Source: a virus. From it: 64,000 nt of DNA. The notes beneath the pieces were generated by a model that saw only the letters and a list, made by a program, of their open reading frames with translations, ran no database searches and was not told the origin of the DNA. Made by a program: the position numbers and the translations under genes. Positions 39,163-46,612 of the stretch are shown here, piece after piece (the first letter of the stretch is position 1; every line of letters begins with the position of its first letter). The stretch is taken from IMG/VR virus record IMGVR_UViG_3300028569_001145, positions 1 through 64,000 of that record; one strand, given 5' to 3'.

Positions 39163-39657
39163 ATGAAAGAAGTAATAAAGGTTTCGATTAAAGTTGCTAA
39201 GGATGCAATCATCGGTTATTCAGATTCTAAAATAGCTCAATCAGAAGCTAATGATTGTTTTGTTAGAGCAGTTGCCGGAGCATTAGAAGTAAGTTATGAT
39301 GATGCTCATGAGTATGTAGCAAAAGAATTTAACAGAAAAGACAGAGAAGGAACTTACGGAGTTATACCTACGTTAAGAAAGAAGCAAGAGATATTAGGCA
39401 GACGGATAGAGCAATTAGGAGAAGAAGGCAAATACGATTTAGGTAAGAGGCTTATAATGAGATATAAATGCTATGGAGAGATAGTAGAAAGAGAAATGAC
39501 ATTCAAAAGCTTTATAAGAAACTACCCAGAAGGAACTTATATAATGATTGTAAAGAATCATGCCTTCTGTTTAAAGAACGGAGTAGTAGTGGGAGGTAAT
39601 TATTCTGATTCTGAACAATTGAGAAAGAGAGTATGGGCGGCGTTTAGAATATCATAG
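39163..39657 (+). CDS. Early protein with a papain-like C...H pattern
   Basis: NDCFVRA...HAFC..NG. Confidence 0.65.
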   Translation: MKEVIKVSIKVAKDAIIGYSDSKIAQSEANDCFVRAVAGALEVSYDDAHEYVAKEFNRKDREGTYGVIPTLRKKQEILGRRIEQLGEEGKYDLGKRLIMRYKCYGEIVEREMTFKSFIRNYPEGTYIMIVKNHAFCLKNGVVVGGNYSDSEQLRKRVWAAFRIS

Positions 39658-39714
39658 CAGCTTTTTTTTATTTACCATAAGGAGGGAGCCGGCCGTAGGG
39701 TTGGCTCTCCCTGT

Positions 39715-39965
39715 CAGTAGACCGTACGTAGTACCGTAGTATATACGTAGTACGTATGTATGTAGTACATCATCAATACAAGTGACATTATTATCACTAT
39801 AGAGTATCGTACGGTATACGTAGGCCTAAGTAACGCGCAGAATTCCGACAGAATTCACTCTATACGGGTATATATTTATATTTAAACCCATAGGTAGTGC
39901 TTTTTTCCAAATCCCAAACCCATCATAGAATCCAGAACCCCCGGGGAAATTTTCCGGAAAAATTT
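39715..39965. repeat. TACG/CGTA-rich and palindrome-rich non-coding block
   Basis: CGTACGTAGTACCGTAGTATATACGTAGTACGTA, GAATTC x2, CCCCGGGG, TTTCCGGAAA. Confidence 0.7.
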
Positions 39966-40009
39966 TAGTCTATAAGTGATTATATAAGTATATTTTCGTA
40001 TCTTTAGTT

Positions 40010-40645
40010 ATGAGAGTGAAGTATATGCCTTTGGAGGAACTCCTAGAGTTAGAATCTAGAGGGTTTGTTACCATCTACACCAGTCATAGCCCAACAACCG
40101 ACCAGGAAACCTACACCAAGTTAAACCTAAAGAAGTACCATACTAACTTTCAGGACCTTGCCTTCAAATACCGCAAAGTAAACCTAGGTGAAATCTTAGG
40201 TTTTATCGACTGTGAATACTATTCTGATGTAATCAGTCATGTCAATAAAGAAACTAGGTCTATTACTTGGATATACTTGTATGCTAAAGATATTTCACGT
40301 TTATCTTCTTATGATCTTTCACAATCAAAGGGCAAGTATGTTTACATATTAACAAATGAGGCATATCCTGATATATGTAAGATAGGCAAGGCAGTCAATC
40401 CGTCCGATAGGATCAATCAAATAAACGGTGCCGGAACAGTATCGGAATGGGTTCTTAGGTATGCCCTACCGGTAACAAACGACTATAAGGTTGAGAATCT
40501 GGTTCACCGTCATTTGGCTAATGTCCGTAAGGACTCCGACCAAGGCCATGCCCGGGAGTTCTTTGAGGTGTCTTTGGAGGATGCTATAGAGGCTTTGAAT
40601 TACTACGGTAGGGATTTTTTAGACGGGGAGGCTATTTTTTATTAA
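40010..40645 (+). CDS. T5orf172/MUG113-like GIY-YIG domain protein
   Basis: GKYVYIL.N...KIG.A..P..R...E..VH...REFF. Confidence 0.8.
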   Translation: MRVKYMPLEELLELESRGFVTIYTSHSPTTDQETYTKLNLKKYHTNFQDLAFKYRKVNLGEILGFIDCEYYSDVISHVNKETRSITWIYLYAKDISRLSSYDLSQSKGKYVYILTNEAYPDICKIGKAVNPSDRINQINGAGTVSEWVLRYALPVTNDYKVENLVHRHLANVRKDSDQGHAREFFEVSLEDAIEALNYYGRDFLDGEAIFY

Positions 40646-40719
40646 AAAAAGCTTGCCTCTAGCTTTAAGTGTTCGTATATTTAGTCATATTTATATATGG
40701 TGGATCGAAAAGCACCGGC

Positions 40720-40732
40720 AGTTCTTTGACAT
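40720..40732 (+). promoter_or_regulatory. boxA-like antitermination element at the head of the tRNA cluster
   Basis: AGTTCTTTGACAT just downstream of a promoter; repeated at 43496. Confidence 0.55.
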
Positions 40733-40746
40733 ATTAGAAAAAATTT

Positions 40747-40829
40747 GCAGATGTGGCGAAACTGGTAGACGCACTAGACTTAGGATCTAGCGTTGTAATG
40801 ACATGGGGGTTCGATTCCCTTCATCTGCA
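40747..40829 (+). tRNA. tRNA-Leu (TAG)
   Basis: GCAGATG/CATCTGC acceptor, CTAGA-CTTAGGA-TCTAG anticodon arm, long variable arm, GTTCGAT. Confidence 0.92.
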
Positions 40830-40835
40830 CAATAA

Positions 40836-40911
40836 GCCCCCTTAGCTCAGTTGGTAGAGCTTCTGATTTGTAATCAGACGGTCGCAGGTTCGAGTCCTGC
40901 AGGTGGCTCCA
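40836..40911 (+). tRNA. tRNA-Thr (TGT)
   Basis: TCTGA-TTTGTAA-TCAGA anticodon arm; encoded CCA. Confidence 0.92.
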
Positions 40912-40914
40912 AAG

Positions 40915-41110
40915 TGAAACTTTTCCTACATAGGACGGATAAGCACCGTTGAAAGAGAACTTGGCTTCGTGGGAGTAGCTACCCAATGAAGTAATCATGT
41001 CCCAAGTTGTAATGTGATGGACCCTGCTCTATGGTGCACTCATAACAGGTGAACAGTAAACTATGTTCAGTCAAATCCACAACTACGGTGAGCGTAGAGG
41101 ATTAGTTTCA
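40915..41110 (+). ncRNA. Unassigned structured RNA (~195 nt)
   Basis: Terminal pairing TGAAACT/AGTTTCA and TCCT/AGGA; internal AACTTGG/CCAAGTT and CACCGT/ACGGTG. Confidence 0.55.
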
Positions 41111-41117
41111 TTTAAAT

Positions 41118-41188
41118 GGCGGATTGGTGTAATGGTAACATATTGGGCTCATAACCCAAAGTTTATAGTTCGAGTCTATAGTCCGCAA
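41118..41188 (+). tRNA. tRNA-Met (CAT), initiator-like
   Basis: TTGGG-CTCATAA-CCCAA (three G-C pairs); 1:72 mismatch. Confidence 0.85.
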
Positions 41189-41320
41189 CTAAACGTACTT
41201 AGTATCATACCATAAGAACTGCTACTAGGTCTTTTTACAACCTGTACCCTTGAAAAACTCGTATTTAAAGATAAGCAGGTTGGTTCCGAAATAAAAGGGT
41301 AAGAGAATAAGGAACAAAAT

Positions 41321-41393
41321 AGTCAGGTAGCTCAATGGTAGAGCGGGTCCGTAACAGGAGATGCCGTAGCAAGTTCGATTCTTGTCCTGACTA
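41321..41393 (+). ncRNA. tRNA-like element 1
   Basis: AGTCAGG/CCTGACT-A acceptor, D and T arms present, non-canonical anticodon arm. Confidence 0.75.
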
Positions 41394-41498
41394 CAAAAAA
41401 AATTAAAAAATAAATGTTATGAAAGATTATTACATTGACAACAGAGAGTATTACTTATGGTGTATTGAAAATAATGTAATACCATATTGTTAAAATAT

Positions 41499-41581
41499 AG
41501 TCAGGTGGCGGAATGGTAGACGCTCCGGGGAATGGACACCGGTTAGAAACCATGTTGCAGGTTCGAATCCTGTCCTGACTA
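41499..41581 (+). ncRNA. tRNA-like element 2
   Basis: Same scaffold, different insert. Confidence 0.8.
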
Positions 41582-41665
41582 CAAAGTGTTGTTCCATTGA
41601 GAACGGAATGTATAAGAGTAAGACTAAACGTTGCTACAACACAGAGGATTTCTCACCCTCAACAT

Positions 41666-41762
41666 AGTCAGGTGGCGCAATTGGCAGACGTTGTTCCGAA
41701 GTACAAGGAATGTAAAATGGGTTCATACTCATAGCATGCAAGTTCGAATCTTGCCCTGACTA
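41666..41762 (+). ncRNA. tRNA-like element 3
   Basis: Same scaffold; compensatory T-stem CAAG/CTTG. Confidence 0.8.
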
Positions 41763-41816
41763 CAAATTCAGTTATCGGTGGGCAAGTCTGAATTAAAACA
41801 AAATCTTGCCCAACAT

Positions 41817-41980
41817 AGTCAGGTGGCGGAATTGTTTGGCGCTGGGATAAAAACTGGGGCCTGAGACATTGGTAGACGCTATTATCTGAGACGCTGGGCG
41901 TGATTCTCGTTCGATTCGAGAAGTAGACTCTGGTGGGAGTAGGCGCAGCTCACTTACAGGTTCGAATCCTGTCCTGACTA
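41817..41980 (+). ncRNA. tRNA-like element 4 (inserts in both the D loop and the anticodon region)
   Basis: Same scaffold, 164 nt, with an extra internal GTTCGAT hairpin. Confidence 0.8.
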
Positions 41981-42058
41981 CACAGAGTTATCTTATAATT
42001 TATTCTACTCTTTCCAAAAACGGTATAAATTATGGCAGCTTGGAAAGACAAGCAATAC

Positions 42059-42185
42059 AGTCAGGTGGCGGAATGGTAGACGCAGGTTGGTATTAAGTGT
42101 CGGTAATCAAGACGGGTGTATAAGCAATAGAAGCCCTGAGAGAAAAGCACACCTCATCACACAGGTTCGAATCCTGTCCTGACTA
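42059..42185 (+). ncRNA. tRNA-like element 5
   Basis: Same scaffold, ~78-nt insert. Confidence 0.8.
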
Positions 42186-42246
42186 CGGTTCTGTGCTGCC
42201 TAAACGTACAGGAGGATGTCAACTTTCCTCTAACAATAGTTGAGTT

Positions 42247-42319
42247 AGTCAGGTGGCGCAACGGTGACGCTGTGGAGTCGCTCTCTGCATTGATACAGGT
42301 TCGAATCCTGTCCTGACTA
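42247..42319 (+). ncRNA. tRNA-like element 6
   Basis: Same scaffold, short hairpin insert. Confidence 0.8.
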
Positions 42320-42372
42320 CAAAAATACATCAACGTATTGGGGATCAAACCTCGTTAGGCTCTGGGTATTTT

Positions 42373-42507
42373 AGTCAGGTGGCGGAATTGGTAGACGCTC
42401 ATAAAGTTGTGGAATAGCACTTTGAAAAGAGAAAGCTCACATTATAGTTAGAAGCTATTTATGGATAGTTGCAAATAATACAGGTTCGAATCCTGTCCTG
42501 ACTACCA
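42373..42507 (+). ncRNA. tRNA-like element 7 (encoded CCA)
   Basis: Same scaffold, ~80-nt insert, ends ACCA. Confidence 0.8.
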
Positions 42508-42581
42508 AAAAAAATCGTAGTACCGAAAGGGAACAATGTAGAAGGAACATCTACAGCAGGTTAAGCGATATCCTGTATTTT

Positions 42582-42654
42582 GGACTTTTAGCTTAATTGG
42601 CCAGAGCGTGACACTGATAAAGTCAAGATACAGGTTCAAGTCCTGTAGAGTCCA
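42582..42654 (+). tRNA. tRNA-Ile (GAT)
   Basis: GGACTTT/AGAGTCC acceptor; CTGATAA loop; one mismatch in the anticodon stem. Confidence 0.8.
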
Positions 42655-42765
42655 CACCTTAAAACCGATTCGGGTTCGTGAACAAGGGAGGCCCGTTCTT
42701 CTCGTGCAAGAAAGAAATCACGTTAAATCTCCTCATTCCAGGTGGCGGCGGTGACCTGGTAATAT

Positions 42766-42837
42766 TACCTCCTCGTCTAACGGCAGGACAAGTGGTTTTG
42801 GTCCACTTAATCGAGGTTCGAATCCTTGGGAAGGTAG
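42766..42837 (+). tRNA. tRNA-Gln (TTG)
   Basis: AGTGG-TTTTGGT-CCACT anticodon arm; U1-A72; GTTCGAAT. Confidence 0.88.
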
Positions 42838-42873
42838 CAATAGAGTTTTTGATTTTTGGACTATTTATATTAA

Positions 42874-43491
42874 ATGGTTAACATATCAAAGCTTAGAAAA
42901 TATCATTTCCTATACAAGACTACTAATCTTGTAAATGGGAAGTACTACTATGGAATGCATTCAACAAATAACCTTAAAGACGGTTATTTAGGCAGTGGAA
43001 AGTACTTATGGTATGCGATTAAAAAATACGGGAAAGAAAATTTTTACATTGAAATTTTAAAGTTCTTTGAAACAAGGGAAGCTTTAATAGAAGCAGAAAA
43101 GAAACTTGTAACTGTTGTCGAAGTTAATAATTCAAATTGTATGAATTTAAAACCCGGAGGTAAGGGGGGATTTAAAGACTCTAAACATAGGGAAGCTTTT
43201 GTTAATAGTATACCTGTAGATAAAAAAAGAGAATATGCATTTAAAAGACATAAACAAGGTGTTTTCGGTTTTAAAGGTAAAAACCATAAACCTGAAACTA
43301 TTGAAAAGATGAAGTTACATAAAGGTAAACAAGCAAAAGAAAAGAATTCTCAGTTCGGAACAAAATGGATTACAAATGAGATTGAAAATAAAAAAATAAA
43401 AGTTACTGATCAGATTCCAGAAGGATGGAGAGCGGGTAGAAAAATAAAGTTGGATTTTAAGCAAGAAGTTCGTATAATTATAGCAACATAA
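42874..43491 (+). CDS. Seg-like GIY-YIG homing endonuclease inside the tRNA cluster
   Basis: LYKTTN..NGKYY.GMH...DGYLGSG; NUMOD3-like HKPETIEKM; WITN...PEGW. Confidence 0.88.
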   Translation: MVNISKLRKYHFLYKTTNLVNGKYYYGMHSTNNLKDGYLGSGKYLWYAIKKYGKENFYIEILKFFETREALIEAEKKLVTVVEVNNSNCMNLKPGGKGGFKDSKHREAFVNSIPVDKKREYAFKRHKQGVFGFKGKNHKPETIEKMKLHKGKQAKEKNSQFGTKWITNEIENKKIKVTDQIPEGWRAGRKIKLDFKQEVRIIIAT

Positions 43492-43535
43492 AGGGAGTTC
43501 TTTGACATTTTAAAAACAAGAAAGGAAAAAACAAA

Positions 43536-43817
43536 ATGGAAATTACATCATTCGTTTTAGGTATGCTTACGGTTACAGGTTTGGCAATTGCTGTACTTGT
43601 AGTTTTAGGTATAGTTAAGATTTACAACCAAGGCAAGAAAATTGCAGAATTAAAACAATCAATTGGATTAGTTGAAAACAATTCAAACGATTGGATTATG
43701 CAACTAGAAGAACAAATGTGCAGGAATTTTGATGACATTAGACGTGAGTATTCGTCTTATGTAGATTCACGTATTGACAGGCTTCAGTCAAATAAAAAGG
43801 AGGCAATAACTAAATAA
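43536..43817 (+). CDS. Membrane-anchored coiled-coil protein
   Basis: N-terminal TM segment followed by an amphipathic helix. Confidence 0.65.
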   Translation: MEITSFVLGMLTVTGLAIAVLVVLGIVKIYNQGKKIAELKQSIGLVENNSNDWIMQLEEQMCRNFDDIRREYSSYVDSRIDRLQSNKKEAITK

Positions 43818-43850
43818 TCATTAACCCGTCAAAGAACTTTTCCTTTATTT

Positions 43851-43924
43851 GGACCTTTAGCTCAGCAGGTTAGAGCAGCGCTCTCATAAAGCGAAGGTCT
43901 CTGGTTCGAATCCAGAATGGTCCA
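43851..43924 (+). tRNA. tRNA-CAT (elongator Met or lysidine-type Ile2)
   Basis: CGCT-CTCATAA-AGCG anticodon arm; GGACC/GGTCC acceptor. Confidence 0.85.
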
Positions 43925-43955
43925 CAACGCAGTCAGATGCCCGTAGCTACGGTTT

Positions 43956-43988
43956 AAGGTCTATCATTAATTTGGTAGGCCTTTTTTT
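43956..43988 (+). terminator. Terminator closing the tRNA cluster
   Basis: AAGGTCTATC...GGTAGGCCTT plus T run. Confidence 0.7.
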
Positions 43989-44009
43989 ATTTTACTATTT
44001 ATCAATGTT

Positions 44010-44162
44010 ATGGCACCAGCAAAAGGAAAATCAAAAACCACTTCAGTTATTACCAGGATTGAAAAGCCTAAAGTACGTCGTCCAGGAGTTCATGCAAAAT
44101 CTAAAACATCTAAACTTAAACAAAGTAGAAATTACAAGAAGCTAAATAGAGGGCAAGGTTAA
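44010..44162 (+). CDS. Very basic 50-aa late protein (not in the ORF track)
   Basis: MAPAKGKSK...RRPGVHAKSK...RGQG; CTATTTAT upstream. Confidence 0.7.
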   Translation: MAPAKGKSKTTSVITRIEKPKVRRPGVHAKSKTSKLKQSRNYKKLNRGQG

Positions 44163-44198
44163 TTGCTTTCTTCTTATTTTATTCGTATATTTACTGTT

Positions 44199-44429
44199 AT
44201 GAATAGTAGTTGGAGGATTATTGCTTTAAACCCTGATAAGAAGATAGGGGGTGTCTGGAGATTGAAAGATGATAAAAGGTTTTATTTAGGTGATTCTACT
44301 TCTTTCGGCTATATTGCAGAATTTTCAGTACGTAGTGGTTATATGTGGGCAAAGTGCGGTGGATCTAAAGTATACGGTATTCCAGAATTAAGAAGGTTTG
44401 AATACGTTCTTTTAGAAGCTCTTTCCTAA
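44199..44429 (+). CDS. Hypothetical protein
   Basis: Promoter TTCGTATATTTA at ~44182. Confidence 0.6.
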   Translation: MNSSWRIIALNPDKKIGGVWRLKDDKRFYLGDSTSFGYIAEFSVRSGYMWAKCGGSKVYGIPELRRFEYVLLEALS

Positions 44430-44464
44430 GATACTACCTATTTATATAAAAGCGCTTTTTTAAA

Positions 44465-44998
44465 ATGAATAAACAATTTAACAGAATGCAGAAACTTGCC
44501 GGTATACTTACCGAAGGTTTATACACTACTCAAATGGATTTTGAATCTCCTGTTGCTACGGAAGGAAATGAAGTTCATGAGGAGGCGATGGATAATGTAG
44601 AGGGACCTATGCCCGAAGCTAGAAAGATGACCAAGGAGGAATTCAAATCTAAGATCCGTGAGATGATCTTGGCGGAAAGATCTCTTAGTGAAGCTAAGAA
44701 AAAGAAAGATAAAGAAGAGGATACTGCAGAGGAAGATGTTAATGTTGATATGGAACCTACCGGAGAAGAGGATGTTGATATGACTATGGATGTTCCACAG
44801 CCTGGTGATACTTCTATCGATATTAACGGTGACGGTGTTACTGATATTGATGCAGGATCTTCAGAAGCTAAAAAAGCCTTTGGTGATTTAACTGATGCTT
44901 TTCAAGCTGCTAAAGCTTTGGGAGATGAGAAGTTGATCCGTCAAATTGCAAACACAATTACATACTTTAATAAGAATATTATTCTAAAACAGGGTTAA
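44465..44998 (+). CDS. Acidic late protein (RMQKLAGI motif)
   Basis: CTATTTATA promoter; DINGDG Ca-binding-like loop. Confidence 0.7.
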   Translation: MNKQFNRMQKLAGILTEGLYTTQMDFESPVATEGNEVHEEAMDNVEGPMPEARKMTKEEFKSKIREMILAERSLSEAKKKKDKEEDTAEEDVNVDMEPTGEEDVDMTMDVPQPGDTSIDINGDGVTDIDAGSSEAKKAFGDLTDAFQAAKALGDEKLIRQIANTITYFNKNIILKQG

Positions 44999-45018
44999 TC
45001 AAAATATCTGTGTTAGAT

Positions 45019-45048
45019 TAAGGGGATATCTTAGGGTATCCCTTTTTT
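45019..45048 (+). terminator. Intrinsic terminator
   Basis: GGGATATC-TTAG-GGTATCCC plus T run. Confidence 0.75.
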
Positions 45049-45093
45049 ATTTAGGTTTTACGTTACTATCTTCTTATTTATATACAAACTACT

Positions 45094-45525
45094 ATGAATG
45101 CTGATAATGTGTTTGGTCTGTTTGATTCTGAAGAAGTAGGCCCTGATGTTAAGAAGATTACAGATGTAACTCAATACCCTACTATTTTCATAAAGTTATT
45201 TGTTAAGTTTGTTAATAATATAGATCCTCTGAATGAGGTTATGGCTAAGACTTTGAAGAAGATGGGCGGTGATGCTGATCTTGAGAAATTAAAATACGCT
45301 AACAAACTAATATCAGTAGCTAGAGCTTACGAAATAATACAGGAGTTCGATTTCCAGGATAACACACACGTTGAAGCTCTCCTTGAGGAAGATGCAGAAG
45401 AAGTACTTGCTGCTTGTACTTATATGCTACAGGTACTTACTCGATATGAGGAATATGAAAAATGTGCTTTTATTAAAGATTTGAAAGATTTTATAACTTT
45501 TTCTCAAAAGAAGTTGCTTTTGTGA
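45094..45525 (+). CDS. Hypothetical protein with a UVR-like motif
   Basis: EEYEKCAFIKD. Confidence 0.7.
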   Translation: MNADNVFGLFDSEEVGPDVKKITDVTQYPTIFIKLFVKFVNNIDPLNEVMAKTLKKMGGDADLEKLKYANKLISVARAYEIIQEFDFQDNTHVEALLEEDAEEVLAACTYMLQVLTRYEEYEKCAFIKDLKDFITFSQKKLLL

Positions 45526-45614
45526 TTCCCTGTTCCTATATTAAGAACATGGGGTTTGAAAAAAAAGTTTGAAAAGAGGTTGGATAAAAGGATGTAAGTT
45601 ATTATATTAAGTAT

Positions 45615-45809
45615 ATGAGATATAGAAATCAAGTAAATGTTAAGTTAGATGTATTAGAAAATAATTTAAGGACATTAGAGCAGATTGTTCAAAGACAGTT
45701 ACCAGTCAAGGAGTATTTAGATACTTTAGAGAAAACTAAGAAAATATTAGAAGATGTGAAAGGTTTGATTAGTATTGAACCAACCACTAATGATGAAATC
45801 TCAAACTAA
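45615..45809 (+). CDS. Small coiled-coil hypothetical protein
   Basis: 64-aa ORF. Confidence 0.6.
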   Translation: MRYRNQVNVKLDVLENNLRTLEQIVQRQLPVKEYLDTLEKTKKILEDVKGLISIEPTTNDEISN

Positions 45810-45823
45810 CCTAAATTAAAGTT

Positions 45824-46612
45824 ATGAACTTAGCAGCAGAACAAATTCAAGCAAATTGGGAAGAATTCTTAGGGTATATTGACCGTTATATTGAATCTCC
45901 TAGAAAAGAGCAATTAACACAATTTTATTTAGACAGACAGGGTAGATTTATTTTGATGCCTGCTGCTAATACTACTAAGTACCATAACTGCTTCCCTGGC
46001 GGTTATGTTGAGCATGTTAATCGAGTAGTTAAAGCTTCTCTACATTTTGCAAAACTCTGGGAGAAGTTTGGATGTGATATGTCTACTTTTACTATTGAAG
46101 AATTAGTTTTTGCTGCTCTCAATCACGATCTAGGTAAGGTAGGTGATACTGAGAATGATTTATATATTCCAGGTCAAGATGAGTGGAGAAGGAAAAACCT
46201 AGGTGAAGTTTATACATATAATACCCAGGTTGCTTTCATGACAGTACCGGACCGTTCTCTATTCTTATTACAGGATGCAGGTATTAGGGTTTCTATGAAC
46301 GAAATGCTTGCGATCAGAACTCATGATGGTCTTTATGATGAAGCAAATAAAGGATATTTAATATCTAGAGTTCCAGAGAGCAGACCTAAATCAGCAATCG
46401 TTTATATCTTACACCAAGCCGACTTAATGGCTTCAGTGGTTGAATTAACTATCAACCCAGTTGAACAACCAAAGTCAAAGCAGTTTGCAATCGCAAAAGA
46501 AACTACTCAAAAGAACCCAGTAACTCATCAACAACAAGCAAAAAATAAAGCTCTTTCAAATGTGCAAAGTGAAGGCTTAAAAAATGCAATGTCTAACTTT
46601 TTTGAAGCATAA
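45824..46612 (+). CDS. HD-domain phosphohydrolase
   Basis: PA...YH..FPGGYVEH, NHDLGK, HDG, HQAD. Confidence 0.88.
   Translation: MNLAAEQIQANWEEFLGYIDRYIESPRKEQLTQFYLDRQGRFILMPAANTTKYHNCFPGGYVEHVNRVVKASLHFAKLWEKFGCDMSTFTIEELVFAALNHDLGKVGDTENDLYIPGQDEWRRKNLGEVYTYNTQVAFMTVPDRSLFLLQDAGIRVSMNEMLAIRTHDGLYDEANKGYLISRVPESRPKSAIVYILHQADLMASVVELTINPVEQPKSKQFAIAKETTQKNPVTHQQQAKNKALSNVQSEGLKNAMSNFFEA

Larger units (their letters stand above)
37969..39165 (+). promoter_or_regulatory. Series of host-sigma-type early promoters, TTG-N~17-CGTATATTTAGGT (at ~37990, 38410, 38750, 38913, 39148)
   Basis: Near-identical motif before each small ORF; also at ~13636, 25558, 26651, 27661, 33800, 34887, 36271, 37365, 39995, 40672, 44182 and 62121; resembles the Bacteroidetes -33 TTG / -7 TAnnTTTG consensus. 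Confidence 0.8.

Noticed and set aside
41321-42507. CRISPR array interpretation of the repeated units
   Set aside because: The repeats are two alternating tRNA-arm halves with very uneven spacing, and there is no cas operon. The PD-(D/E)XK nucleases are ordinary phage replication/recombination genes.
41817-42507. tmRNA or intron-containing tRNAs
   Set aside because: There is no G3-U70 alanine acceptor or tag ORF. The inserts are too short for group I introns, and I could not find a removal that restores a canonical anticodon arm.
42841-42873. Target-mimic stub before the tRNA-cluster endonuclease (TTTTGGACT resembles the start of tRNA-Ile)
   Set aside because: The match is short and T-rich and cannot be distinguished from chance.
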